From positions 8,122,001 to 8,186,000 of the forward strand of contig CM120647.1 of the NCBI GenBank assembly GCA_051362555.1: 64,000 nucleotides of DNA, read 5' to 3'. Below, piece by piece: positions 13,478-26,584 of the stretch. Every line of letters begins with the position of its first letter. The first letter of the stretch is position 1. The position numbers and the translations under genes are program-made. Below the pieces are notes generated by a model. It was not told the origin of the DNA. It made no database searches and saw only the letters and a list, made by a program, of their open reading frames with translations. Source of the DNA: Lingula anatina (Eukaryota > Animalia > Brachiopoda).

Positions 13478-13600
13478 TCTATCATCGTTTCATTTTATTT
13501 CATTTCTGCAGTTGGGAGTACTGTTCCTTGGAATATGTTTTATTGCCAGCGGTTAGCCTTTCTACATTTTTGGCATCAGTGTTGTTCCACGGGGTCTCTC
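8641..13600 (+). pseudogene. SLC43-family pseudogene, internally deleted and interrupted by a foldback transposon
   Basis: Frameshifted remnants of exon 1 (8641-~8872), exon 4 (~8910-9012), exon 7 (~9018-9090), exon 8 (12945-13071) and exon 9 (13512-~13600, in-frame TAG at 13554), each recognisable against the intact paralogues. Confidence 0.85.
9231..12864. mobile_element. 3.6-kb non-autonomous DNA transposon with ~790-bp terminal inverted repeats, Academ-like
   Basis: TAGTAGGCTTGTTAAG...CTTAACAAGCCTACTA termini, TAA on both flanks (9228-9230, 12865-12867). TIRs about 9231-10020 / 12065-12864, shown by mirrored ORF-track translations. TAG..CTA ends with a 3-bp TSD fit Academ. Confidence 0.85.
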
Positions 13601-13647
13601 AGCTATGCACAGTGTAGACCACTCAGTTTTACGTCTTACACCACTAC

Positions 13648-13660
13648 ACGTCACTTCCGG
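13648..13660 (-). promoter_or_regulatory. ETS-CRE composite motif about 420 bp upstream of the copy-2 ATG
   Basis: CCGGAAGTGACGT on the minus strand (ACGTCACTTCCGG on plus). Confidence 0.35.
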
Positions 13661-14077
13661 CACAATTCTCACCAATGCTGATCTCCTCCGGTACCCCATA
13701 CTCACACTGATATGAAGAGGAAAGCCAGACATGCTAATCGTTGTCTGTATAAATGTAATGAAGTGCAGAGTCCCTAGCCCCTAGGTAGCTACTATCGTCA
13801 TACTGATGTCTCATAATTTTATTAACGGCTTCACTTCTCCGGGCCACCGTTGTCAAAAACAGCAAATGTGCTTCAAAGTACCTTACACAATATATATATC
13901 AAGAGTGAGTTTTCTGTTATCATTTAAACGCTGTACTTTTTCCAGCCAGGTCATGTATGTGAGCAAATACATTAGCACTCGACCTTGGGCTTATCGCCTC
14001 GACATTCACCCGACCCTTGCCTTAAAGTCCAGGCCCTTGTACTTCATCTAAACCGTATGTTTGCTGTACATGACAGT

Positions 14078-17000
14078 ATGGCGGTCAGTACTTGTTGGAA
14101 ACTATTCTGTGTCGTACTTGGTATCTTAGAGGCTGCTGTCTACTCTGTCACGTTATACGGATGGCCAGCCTTCATGTACATATTCATAGAGGAAGGGTTT
14201 TATTATTCCCGTTGTGACTTCGATACTATAACAAATGCTACTTATAACATGACGAGTGCTGATTGCACTGACCGTGGCAACTGCACTCAAGACACAACCG
14301 GAGAGGACCTTATTCTTAAGTGCACCGAACAAGAAGAAATGCTCAACCTGGTTTACACAATCGCTATTGTCAGTTTAGTGACGCTTATTTTACTTGGTTA
14401 TGTCTATGATCACTATGGAACAGTCTGTTTGAGGATCATATCTATGTAAGTAGCGTCACATTTCATTGAAGCAGTTGCTACGCGTGGCTTGCTGAACGAA
14501 TTTTGGTAAAAAACGATGTAATACTATAGTTAATTAGCACGTTTTTATGCTTTTAACAACGGTAAAGAAGGGCTAATTACTCTCATGGCGATATATAATG
14601 TCAAGTTTATATAACACAACAAAAGGAGCACTGTTTCAATTGACTCTTGCCATAGCCATTACGTTAATTAATTCTTCGTCTTGCTTTGAATGACCTCTGT
14701 GTTCTCTAATGTAAACATGAGTGTCGCGCCACGTGCATTCTTAACGGAGGGGTTAATTCAGAGAATAAATGTTGTTACCATGTATGTCTAATTAATCAAG
14801 ATGTTTAACCCCACCGCTTGGCTTGAATGTTTTATTGATAATTTAACCAGTACATTTGTTCATTATGTAAAGTTATATACTTGTTCAGTCACAAACTGGC
14901 AACATTGTTACCAACTAAAAAGGCACTCCGAGAGCGCAGACCTCCACCAGGGCAGCATTTATTATTATTATTATTAGTATTGATTATCTATTGATAATTG
15001 ATCCAGATCACCACCAAAAACTAATCATCTGTTTATTGGCCCACTTCTGTCAGTTCCTGAAAATTTTATTAAAATCGGTCCATAACTTTTAGAGTTATGT
15101 TGATGACAGACGGACAAACAGACAAACAAACAGGGGTGAAAACATAACCTCCTTGGCGGAGGTAATTAGAGAATAGTAATGCACCAATTGTATTGTTGTT
15201 AAAATAATAAAACATAATACTGTGCAAGGTCATGATCATATATGTGCTAGTGCAGAAATATAAATTAAATTAAAATTAATTCCTGGCGTTTTCTTTCAGA
15301 AGCATGTGTGTTGGTGGAGTTATCCTGATGGCGTTGACTGAGAAAGGTATATATACAGACGATTTTACGGAAGGGTGGGTTATGGTGTTAATTAGGAGTA
15401 GTAAAGATACGACATTGATGATGAGGTCCAACTATTCACATTCTGAGCCCCTCAGGTCTGTTGTTTTATATTCACGACGTTCAGGGAAGTTGAGAATCGT
15501 GATTTAATGCTGTGCACGAAAAAATAAATAGATAAGTAAAAAAAAACAAGCAAAATATTATAACCATTAAATTATTTTATAATCAGAGACAATGGACATT
15601 TTCACTTTTAATAGGGAAAGAAGGGCTGTTATTCCCTGGGGCTGTATTTCATTTAATGGGAGGCTACCAGTTGGCCATAACTGACGTCCAGGTGGCCGTA
15701 TTGTTTCCTAAGCTAAAAGCGACACTCATCTGCTTGATTTCTGGTGCCATAGACGTCAGCGGTTTTGTCCCTATTTTGCTGAAGGTAATTAATGCACCAC
15801 TTAACTTTGTGCGAGCGTGCTCTCTCTCTCTCTCCCCCTCTCTCTCTCTCTCTCTTTCTCTCTCTCACACACACACACGCACACACACACAGTGATAAGA
15901 ATGTTCGTGTGCGTGTTTGTATAAAAAATATTCCCAAACTTGTGAATTATTTATCCAGACACTGAGTCGACGAACCAAGCGACTTTTCTTGGGTCTTCAT
16001 TTCATTCAATGAAATATTGTAATCAAAGGACATGATGAATATTGATATCGTAGCTGACTGAATTCTTCACCTCGTTTGCCGTTTACTAACCGGTTTAGAC
16101 TGGCAACATATGTAAGTTGTATTGCTTGCTGACTTGTATTACCACTTTCTGTCTCTGAATACGTAAATATAGGTTTATTGTAATTAAATTGTAGATGGCG
16201 TACCAGGCAGGAGTGTCGTACAAGATGTGCATGTTCACATTTGCCGGTATTATACTTCTAATATCTTCTGTGAACACAATCACCCTTCCACCTAGACAGG
16301 ATGACGACGGGAACGACATTGACGCTGCTTGTTGTCTAAAGATTCTCAAAAGGCACAGATCCGCCGAAGACTCTTCCAAACCTAGCACGGTACGTTTAGC
16401 TTATGGCAACGAAGCGTACGATCAAAATAGCGTGAATAAATCTTCTACAAACACACAATTTGGTGAGTATCAAATTATAGAAGAATATCGATTAAACTGA
16501 ACATACGCACTGTTCATGGTCCTATACACGAAAAGCTTAAATTAGGGGTACTGATCAATGTTTAGAACCAACCCAAAGTTTATTTATTTATTTATTTATT
16601 TATTTATTGGCAACGCATCATACCTTTTTTGTGAAAAAAAACGTAATTAATTGCCAGGCTGCACCACCAATCAAAATGACAATAGCTTTAATATTTACTA
16701 GGAGGCAAGCTTTCCTCTTATTCATCAAGGAGGGTTTCTCTGTCACCAAGTAGATGGGGACGCAATCCTGGAGAAAGCCCATGACAAAAGTAACCATCAT
16801 GCTGTAAGCATTAACACCAGTGATCAACAAGTGAAAAATGGCGAACACAGAAAAACGAGTATTGATCAAAGTGACCTGATGGTCCGCGAAGAAGAAAACC
16901 CTGACAGCAAAGATGTCGACGACAACACTTACACCAGTTTACTGCATGGAACGCTACTGCTCATCAAAAGGCCAACATTTTGGTTGCTGCTGTTCTGGTT

Positions 17001-19747
17001 TATATGCCAGGATACCATCATTGTCACATACCAAGGTTGTTTTTACGCGATCATCAATTACTACGGAAACAATGTGAAAAGTACAGGTAAGATATTCATG
17101 TGTGTTTTTTTTTATCATATCTATCTTAAAGCACAGCGAAGGTGGCATAAATTGGGCATTATTGAATGACAAGAATGAAACATGCCCTTCAAAGTGTCTA
17201 CAAGCCCAACACTTGGCTTTGTTTAGTTCAAAGTGTTCTGCTGTGATTTATAAATATACCTTTAAAGTAAGGAAAGAAAAAAAATATCAATAGTTCCCAA
17301 AAGAATTTGTTTCGAATCACTTGCCTAATTCCTAAAACGGGTGATCATACACGTAACGTTCCAGGTAATTCTCTCTTCAAACGATTCTCATTAATCTTAC
17401 TTTCGTTGAGAAAATAAACCTAAACGTTTTAAACCTGGGAGGGATAACGTTACAGCAACCCAGCAAAGGACCTCGGTAACTGACTCGATGATGTGAGCTT
17501 CAGAGGTTTCGACAAAAAATCCTCTAAGGTACAGATGTATTTTTTTTCTGCCTTAAGCTATACACAAGAGACAATATAAAAACGTTTCAACTAACCTTAT
17601 TATATTACAGTTAGTATGTACACGGACGTTTATTCCTGGTTTCAAGTGGTTTCTCTGTTCTGGGCCTTACCGACTGGTTTGATGCTAGACAAACTAATTG
17701 CCAGTTCAACAAAAGAAGGTAATTAATTGCTCTCTCTTTTTCTATCTCTCTCTCCACTAGTATATATATATATGTCAAAGGCCCTGACCAAATCTAGTCC
17801 CATGCATAAAAAGCCCAGACCCCATGTTTATTACACCCTGGCTGGGCCCATTCTTTATGGTGTCTTTGCATTGTTAACAGCATAATGGGCAAGTTAAATG
17901 ACCAAGTTAATTGGCCAAGCTGCCAGTTTGTTTGTGTATGTGCAGGGGATGTCTTAGATCAAGGCACAAATGAAGCCCACCTTTAATTTAACATTTCTTT
18001 AGTAAATGTTATTTAATCAATCTACATGTCTTTTCTTTAAACATTAAACATCTTTAAAAGTATCATCCTCTGATGTATTTTACAAATCACAGGTAATGAA
18101 ATACAAGTATAACTTATTTGCCACACCTGTAAGTATCATAATATGTGCCTTAATCTAAGACATCCCCTGCACATGCCATACAAACAAACCGGCAGCTTGG
18201 CCAATTAACTTGGTCATTTAACTTGCCCATTATGCCGTTAACAATGCAAAGACACCATAAAGAATGGGCCCAGCCAGGGTGTAATAAACATGGGGTCTGG
18301 GCTTTTTATGCATAGGACTAGATTTGATCCGGGTATTTGACATATATGTATCTTAGATCAATGTCTCTTTCTATATGTCCATCTGTAATACTCCTATATA
18401 TCTCTGGCTTCAACAATTTCAGTTGGTAATGGATATGCTATACTGAACTTGTGCATAGTATTAAGAAGCAAATATATGATTCAAGTAAAAATGTTATTTT
18501 CAATTCAATTTCAATTTATTTCTGCACTAGTACATTATTATATACTCAATTTATATATTATATATTCAACTTATTTCTGCACTGGTACATTATTATATAC
18601 TCAATATATATATAATATATTCAACTTATTTCTGCACTGGTACATTATTATATACTCAATTTATATATTATATATTCAAATTATTTCTGTACTGGTACAT
18701 TATTACATACTTCAGCACATTACAATATACTTCAGACAAAGAGCGATGCTTCATGGTTCCACTATCCCTGGCGATTTTGGTTGGCATCGTAGTATCCATT
18801 GCGTGCATTATCCCAGTTATTGAGATGCACTTTGTGGCTATTTTCTTTCATTCTGTATTGAAAACCGGGAGTTACGCTGTGCATATGGCCTTCGTTGCAT
18901 CTGTGTAAGTAAATATGGTTATGCTTTCGAAGTACTTGATTGTACTTGGTTATACGAACTTCATTTTTTTGTGTCGTGAAGTTCTTTATTCTCTCACCAA
19001 AAGTGACTGTTTACATTTGTTTAATTTATCAACTAATTATAGTTAAGGTAAATAAATAAAAAGTGGGACTTAGCATTCGTATCGTTCAAATTATACTAGG
19101 TTTCCAAAGGAACATTTTGGGAAGGCATATGGAATACAAAATACCGTTGGTAGTTTGGTGAACTTTATTAATATACCAATATTCTCCTGGTACAAGTACG
19201 ACCTGGAAAGTGACCCCCTTTGGGTATGTATAAAATTTATTGTATACATATAGACATTCTATTATGTATTCAAATAGGGAACAGAAGGAGATTTAACATA
19301 ATGTCGAATCGTTCTACTAAATTATTCAATCATGATAGGCTATTGGCTGTTTTGTTATTAATATTCACTTATTTATTCATTATTTTATTTTATTTATTTA
19401 TTTGTGAAGAGGTATTGGTATGTGGAGTAGTAAATGTTGAGGTATTTAAACTACAAATCCACAGTAAAGCTTAAAAATAATTTGTCCAGTCTACAGTTAC
19501 CGAAATTTGTGAGGATTATATAATTTTAAAAAAATGTATTTCCCATGGCATTGCCATCGACATGACACATATTTACAGTAATTTAATGGCACCATTTTAT
19601 GATAGTTAGCATTTTCTTCTTGTTTTGTAGCTTGGAGTACTGTTCCTGGGAATATGCTTCACGGCCAGCAGTTTGCCTTTCTACCTTCTTTGGCGTCGGT
19701 GTCGCTCCACAGAAAAACAACTACATGTACATGACAAAGGATTGTGA
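14078..19747 (+). CDS. SLC43A3: SLC43-family MFS transporter, copy 2, 9 exons, 575 aa
   Basis: join(14078..14445,15300..15346,15615..15784,16195..16462,16730..17086,17611..17718,18736..18904,19100..19223,19631..19747). Exons 1-8 have the same lengths as copy 1, GT-AG introns, open frame. Introns and flanks are alignable to copy 1. Confidence 0.88.
14913..15165 (-). mobile_element. Non-autonomous Helentron/DINE-1-like (HINE) insertion in intron 1 of copy 2
   Basis: Hairpin ACCTCCTTGGCGGAGGT at one end, subterminal GACCTCCACCAGGG and AGGCACTCCGAGAGCGC at the other, (ACAG/ACAA)n tract, no TSD. Absent at the paralogous site of copy 1 (TTACCAA|TTAG, ~1799). Confidence 0.7.
17773..18342. mobile_element. 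570-bp foldback element with ~195-bp TIRs inserted in a TA tract (Ginger-like TGT..ACA ends)
   Basis: TATA|TGTCAAA ... TTTGACA|TATA. Near-perfect inverted arms 17773-17968 / 18144-18342. Absent from copy 1 intron 6. Confidence 0.8.
18514..18735 (+). repeat. 55-bp tandem repeat (about 4 units) before the exon 7 acceptor of copy 2
   Basis: Units start at 18514, 18569, 18624 and 18679. Confidence 0.85.
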
Positions 19748-20175
19748 AGCGACTGTGAGGTACAGGTAGTGGCAGTGGCCCGGAAGCTATGACCGGATGC
19801 CCATTGTTCTAGAGGACATTTGCACAAACACGATCCATTGAGTGCTGTAGGCCGTGAATTACAATCGGATGCCAGTTTTTGCCTATAATGTTTTTTTTTT
19901 TTTTTTGTTTCAGGAAATATGAGTCTTTTTAAATTAAAATTACAATGCTTAATCAAAAAGTATTATTTGGGCTTATTATTGTTAAAATCAGATGTACGTG
20001 TTTTTATAGGAGATAATTATATGCGTTACATTTTATTTTGCCTCGTTCAGATTAAAAGAAATAGGGTCAAAACATGGAGCACATGGAAGTTATTATGTTA
20101 AAACCCAATGTCCCTCGCAAAATAAATCTAAAGCAATATCAGCTTCGATTGCAGCAGAGGCGATCAGTTCTTTCT

Positions 20176-20190
20176 CCTCCAGATGGCGCT
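20176..20190 (+). promoter_or_regulatory. Candidate CTCF-binding site downstream of copy 2
   Basis: CCTCCAGATGGCGCT, duplicate of 6752-6766. Confidence 0.5.
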
Positions 20191-20663
20191 TGAGTACGGT
20201 TTGGTTTGAAAACTATTAAACACTGTTCAGTTGAAAGGGAGTGGTGGACCATATACGGAAAGCCTGTGACCTACATAATGTCACTTGTAGGTGGGTAAGC
20301 GTATGTTATTCGTTTACATTTGCCATTATGTGGAACACAAATGTAGGCTATTTATTTTTATTTTAGTTGATTGTAATACCAAAGCCCAGCTTCCTAAAAA
20401 TGGTACGTGTTGAACAGAAAAGGCACTCACTCCACCCTGTCCCCCCCTTCACCCACCGACTCTTCACTTCTTCAGTTTTCATTGAGGGTACGAGACGTGG
20501 ACACAAGGCGAGCTGGATGCTGGTACAAAGTATACAAATATTTATATATAAACTGGTGCATTATTACATTTTAAGACATTAATGGCATTTTTCTGGTGAT
20601 AGCTTATGTGTAATTTATATCGGAAACAATTACGTTACGTATGCACGTCTTTATGTTTTAACT

Positions 20664-20822
20664 CGGGTATGACAGGAATGGTAGTCTCGGGAACGGGAGG
20701 CCAGGGTCCCATATGATAAGTACAGGTTAGGGTTAGTTGTAGTATTGGGATGAATGTCACCTGTACAAACTAATGGGAGACGGGCTACGGTTCCTAGCGA
20801 AGAGCCTTTCCTGTCACACCGG
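20664..20822. mobile_element. Ginger-like MITE, family A
   Basis: (T)ATGACAGGAA...TTCCTGTCACA|CCGG with internal GGTTAGGGTTAG. Relatives at 29975-30149 (reversed) and 37643-37780. Confidence 0.6.
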
Positions 20823-22120
20823 CCCTGTCTTTACCCCATTTGGTATTCAATTACTACATTCGGAAGTTATCTCATTATGCCTAAAATCAACATGCAAAAG
20901 ACTCTGTTAAGCTAATTTGGCATAGCAACAGAAGTATAATTTCACGCAAGACAAAAATGGTAAACGCTGTGGAAAGTGCCGGCTTTAAACCTTAGATTCT
21001 GTCATGTTGATATAAAGTTAGAAATTGGTAAACGAATTAAAGAATATATGATGCACGTATAGTGCGGTGCTTCCCTTTTCCCTCTAAGGTATTTTGTTCC
21101 TTTAAAATGCGCAAGCTGAATATTATTTCTACAGATTTCTGCCCCTTAAGTGGCAAAACCGACGCTTGATGTCTGTCATATAAAGATCTCACGCTCATTA
21201 AAGTGCATATAAAATGTGCTTAACTTTCAATGCTCAGAAAAGAAAACGAGCATATTAGTTCTTCAAATTTAAAAACTAACTATTTTGTTGCATAAAAATA
21301 CCATTCTTCGGGACACAGTCGATTATTTTGTTGTACAAGTGAAGTGTATGCAATTTTCTAATTTAATTTCCATATTTCCTGATATTGAGAGGCTGGTTTT
21401 ACAAGTATCCAATATATGGCAAAACATTTTGATGTGTAAAATTGATGTTACCTATTTATCTGAACTGTATGTTTGTAGAATGTACAACATGGCATGTTAT
21501 AGTAGAACTGGTGTTCTGGACATTAATATGTTGCACAAATCTTGGCTTTTCTTTAAGATATATGGACTATTCCAGAGATTTAATATATCTATTTTTTTTT
21601 TAATTAAGACGTTCTTCCACAGTTTTTCTTACCAGCATTTTCATATTGCATTCGAATACCGAGCAGGCTCAGAAATAGCTTGTACTTGAGGACACTTTTT
21701 GTACAAGAATTGCGAAACTTCTGTTAAAAGATTTTTTTGGAATTGAAAAAAAAAGAGAATTGAGAGTGCAAATATTATCATGGTCTGCCCTTTGAGCTTA
21801 ATTAAGATATGATCACTGTATTTGCAGTATATGGTTCATTGAAGTATATATTTTATGACAAAGAAATATTTGAAATATAGATTCTTCATTTAATGTAACG
21901 TTTGTAATTCATTTGATTATGTCAGTTGTACACTAGTGTCGCTTTAAATTTCATTTTAGTGGGAGTATTATCATGATACATTTTGCATATTGAGGAAAAG
22001 GAATATTGTATGGGTCAATTTCCAGTATTTTTATAAATTAATTATATGAGTATTAGAGGGTCTTTTTCTGTGGATGTACAGAGTATATGATCCGCAATTT
22101 TTTGTAAGAAATTGTTAAAG

Positions 22121-22259
22121 ACCCCTTGCCTCTAGTCGGCGAGGTCCCTCAGGATAGATCAACTTGGAGAGGAAGACTGCGTGTCAGACTGGCCCCACCC
22201 TCTGTTGAAGATTAATCCCGGCCAGTATAAAATAAATCCGGATGATGATGATGATGATG
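22121..22259 (+). mobile_element. Probable 3' end of a SINE/LINE with an (ATG)n tail
   Basis: GC-richer island ending in AATAAA...GGATGATGATGATGATGATG within AT-rich DNA. Confidence 0.4.
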
Positions 22260-22797
22260 CCTGTTTTGAAATACTTTGCTTTATATCAATGAGTTCAAAC
22301 AAAAGAGACATAGTTTAGTAAATAGTTTATTTGTCTGATCAAACATAATAAGGCACCAGTAAATCTGTTTAACATTCAAAACGTGTCTAAATTTTTAAAT
22401 TTTTGAAATGCAATTTTATTGGTTGATACTTTTTTAAAAGATGCAAACCATGAATATAAATTTGTTTGGTTCTTAATAAAATCTTTTAAATCATACAAAA
22501 TGCCTTCGTAATCTCATTTACGTTTAGAATGACTCGGTGTTTACATGGGGTTCGATTCCTAGTTTGGACACTTTAGAATTCCTAATTACTTGAGACGGGT
22601 GGTTTTATAAAATCGTTTTGCTTACTGCTTACTATAAGAAGAATGTCCACCCGGGGAGGGTGGGAGGAAATTCCTAGGCGAGTGGATAACGCGCTAAAAT
22701 CGGAGCCAGCAGGTCCCGGATTGTCCCAGCCAATTAACTTTTGCACAAAAAAGATTCAAATCACCAATTTGAATTACCACAAGAGGTCCGTACAAAT

Positions 22798-23417
22798 CAC
22801 CCTGAGCTTCAGAGCTAACTTGACACTAACCTTTTCACTGTAGCCTATCTCCATCGTGTCAAGTAACCTCTGACGAAAATAGTTTGACCTATTTTATATA
22901 AGCCAATCGAATCCATGTTTCAAAATTTTTCACCAAAGTTTGGTGAAAACGCTGATTGGTTGATCGTCAATCGGCAATCCTCGGCTGATTCCGCAAGCTC
23001 CATACTAACAACATAGTTATTGCCGAGTGCGGAGACATCCGAGTAGTTCCGAGTGGTTCCGAGTGCATAACCGTACACAAAGAAAGCATGGAGTAGGCCT
23101 ATATCGGAATTGAAACCAGAGCAGTATGATGCCCTGCATCATTATCTACTGAGGGATGATGTATTTTGCGTGCTGCCCACAGGTTACGGCAAGTCCCTGA
23201 TATTCAGCCTTATCTTTGATTGGTCCGGATTTGAACAAAGCGCGCTTTGACTCGTTCGCGTTCATTGGCTAGATCGTTCAATGAGTCATTGAGTGCGGGC
23301 TTTAAATTTGATTGGCGGGCGGCGGGGGCACTCGAATCTGGTCAGAGGTTACTTGACACGATGGAGATAGGCTACAGTGAAAAGGTTAGTGTCAAGTCAG
23401 CTCTGAAGCTCAGGGTG
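22798..23417 (+). mobile_element. 620-bp TIR element carrying a RecQ-helicase fragment (AcademH-like deletion derivative)
   Basis: ~77-bp near-perfect TIR (CACCCTGAGCTTCAGAGCT...), exact 8-bp TSD GTACAAAT (22790-22797, 23418-23425). Bases 23101-23205 translate as ISELKPEQYDALHHYLLRDDVFCVLPTGYGKSLIF. Confidence 0.85.
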
Positions 23418-23717
23418 GTACAAATGCAAATTTAAGCTGAAAATGAGTGGATAGCTCAGTAAATAAGATGGAAAGCTGAAAACCAAAGATAATGGTTTCG
23501 TAGGCAGAAGACCAAAGGATCGCGTGGAGCTGAAGAAAGCAATGTCAGAAAAAGATGTGCCTTTTTTTGGAAATTCTAAAAGAAGACAAAACACAATCTG
23601 CATTTATTTCTACAAAAACGAATGCAAGCAAATATACATCACAAAGTTTATAAAATTTTATATTGATTTACCTAAATAATGTCCACAAAGCATCGATTCT
23701 GTAATATTAAACAAGTC

Positions 23718-23774
<57 letters not shown>

Positions 23775-26024
23775 ATTCGGAAAATTGCTGCTTAAAAGAC
23801 AAAAGCTCTGGAATATTACGGTGGACACGGCACTATCCAGTGCGTAAGATTTAGAAGTTTCAGACAAGAATAAATAATTAATTTGTAAAATAATCATATC
23901 ATACTTTGCAACTATTGTTAGAAGTGCATTAGTTTTATAATTAAAGAACACCCTGTCTAAATTTAGTCTTATGAATGGCGAAATCTCATAATGCACTTAC
24001 ATGCAGGCCTTCTCCTCGCCCGCATGTACACCTTTTCTATGCTGTTGAACTGATTCATGCTCAGGAAGTCAAACGGTAGTCAAAAGTTATTCATTTTTTG
24101 TGGGATTCGTGGCTGTTCCCAAAATAGATAAATGTAACTGATGCAAAGATAATTCTGTTTTCTTTATCATTAAATTCGCAAATAAGCACTTGATGTCACA
24201 AGTTTGTGAGGCAACGACATAAATACATAATCGGCTACATGTTACAATCTGACCCAAGCCATAGTCATCTTTAAGAATAATATGCAAACAAAGCTGAAAA
24301 GGTTCAACAAAATTGCTTTTACTTTAGATAACAAATTCAAAATGCTACTAAAACCAACTCTGGTCTCCGGTGTTCAGTAATCAATGAACCTCCAGTAAAA
24401 TAACCCAACAGGACTTGCGGGACTGACATCTTATAAGACATTTTCCTCTTAATCACATCTTGATGCCGATCAAAGATAGAAGATAATTTTATGAGAAAAT
24501 TCGGCGCATTCGCCAACGTCTGATAAAACTTTAAGAATTGCTATGCAATATTTTCTCCTAAAAGTGTGTTTACAAAAATCTATGTAAGTTTTCCACTAAC
24601 TTTTTTTGGAGAAGATTGACAAAAGCTGAAAACCTAAATATCTTTATTGAATCATTTAGTCAATACCACAATATCCAAGCTATGCGACTGCTTGAGTAAT
24701 AATTTGATTCTATAACTACAATTGTTCAAAATGAACAATGGAAAAGGTTACTGTCAGTCCTGCAGACCTGAAGATGGACAAATGATGTCGATAAAAAATA
24801 ATAAAGCACGTGGTCAGCAAAATAAACCAGCGAAATGCAGGATTAAAGTATAGACTTGGTAATTTTCTTTTTGTTTTACTTTTCTGGTCAAGAATTTCGT
24901 GAATAAAATGCTAGCTATCATCTGATACAAGTTTTGGTGCCGAATCAAAACAGTCAAAAAGAATTAAGCCTTATATTAAATTTTGATTCTGCGATTTTAA
25001 TACTGGAAGACAATCTTCGGCAATCGGGGCATTCACAACATGGGTGCGGTTGATGTCAAACACCAATCTGATGGCTTTGCTGCAGGACGCATCCAATCTC
25101 CTCGTTAGGGGTAGTTACGCTTCACTGCATGAAAATATATGAATTCACATCACGACACGACTTAGGGATTGTGAAATCTGTTTATATAACGTATATATAC
25201 ATTGGCAATCCATTTTTGTATTAAAGTCATTATACTAACAAACTATTTTTCCAAACTATTTTGTAATGATAGATTATTTACAATAGAATTAATGTTTTAT
25301 TGAAAATTACATAACTTGAAGAAAATATCTGAAAATGAACTTAAACTTTCATCTGATTACGGAATTTCAAGAGAACGTATTGTTCGCGTCAATAAGAGCT
25401 CCCCGTGGTCATTATACCTAGACTGTAGAGTGCAAAATGCACCATTTTTGGGCTGACATCGTCCACAAAAAACTGAGCAAAGTTGTTTGACATCGTCCAC
25501 ACAATACTTACAACATATTGCTGTCGTTTTCAGACCCTACTTTTCGCCCTAAGAATGAAATTGGAACAATGTGGCACGAGGCTTCCGTTGTCTACATTTT
25601 CTGCTGCCTTCGTCCTATCTGAACACCTTTCACCAAAATGCTCACCTCATTGATTTACATAATAATGTACAGGCCATCCGTTTTCCTTATGGAAGCCTCG
25701 GTTTAAAATCTAGATTTTGTACTATGACAAGGCACAATGAGTCCTGGGAAGGTGATAGCCCAATGAAAGTAGGCCTACATAATAAAATCCATGACCCGGG
25801 ATTGTGTTAGAGAAGACATCTGCCTGTGCAATCTTTTTTATAATGATCATAAGTTTAAACTTCTCTCTTACTCAAAACTGAGATGATCATTTTGTTAACT
25901 CTTGTACATGTCACTAGATGTAAGTCACATTACTGTAAACAGCCGTGCTTTGTGTTCCGTTTCTGTATAAAACCAACCTGTAAACACGGTAATCATTTAA
26001 AAATTCTAATTAAACTTGGACTAG

Positions 26025-26268
26025 GTCCCCATACCTAGATAGATGTAACAGGATCGATCCATCTCCGAGGAGTTTCTAGCTATATTGCTCTCAGCTTAAA
26101 CGGCTAAGATGTCTGGCACGCCTAGTTAAGCTGATAAACGATAACTAATTACCCTCTAGCAAATTCAGTAGGCGTGACAGATATCTAAGCTGCCTTAGTT
26201 CATAGCAAGAATTCCCTCGGAGACAGATCGATCCACAGTTAGTACGATATGGTCTGGGAATGCTGACT
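26025..26268. mobile_element. Palindromic Harbinger/Tourist-like MITE (GATCGATC family), about 320 bp upstream of the copy-3 ATG
   Basis: CCCATACCTAGAT..GGATCGATCCATCTCCGAGG..GATGTCTGGCACGCCTA / TAGGCGTGACAGATATC..CCTCGGAGACAGATCGATCC..TGGGAA. Similar to 58321-58555 and 63803-64000. Confidence 0.7.
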
Positions 26269-26584
26269 TAATGTGTACATGTACAGTACATGCAACAAAC
26301 CCACAGTCGTGATCCGCCAAACAATGATTGACAGAATCGTTCATGTGATTACCAAGTTTTTAGGTAAATATACAGTAAAAGGTACACATATTGATTCGAA
26401 CAAAAAGAAAGACCTAACTACAAAGTGCAATATGAAATACGATACGACCCTAGCGACATTCTGCCGTAAACTGCAGTAAAGACGGAGGTTAATCTTTAAA
26501 CGTGCATAAAAACCTTATCAGCTCACAGCCGGGTGCATTCCAGGTTAGCATATTTAGATATACATTCCCGTTGCATTGGACAAC

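Noticed and set aside
23658-23996. ORF with poly-Lys, and similar YIYI/THTH/YYYY ORFs elsewhere
   Set aside because: These are translations of homopolymers and microsatellites.
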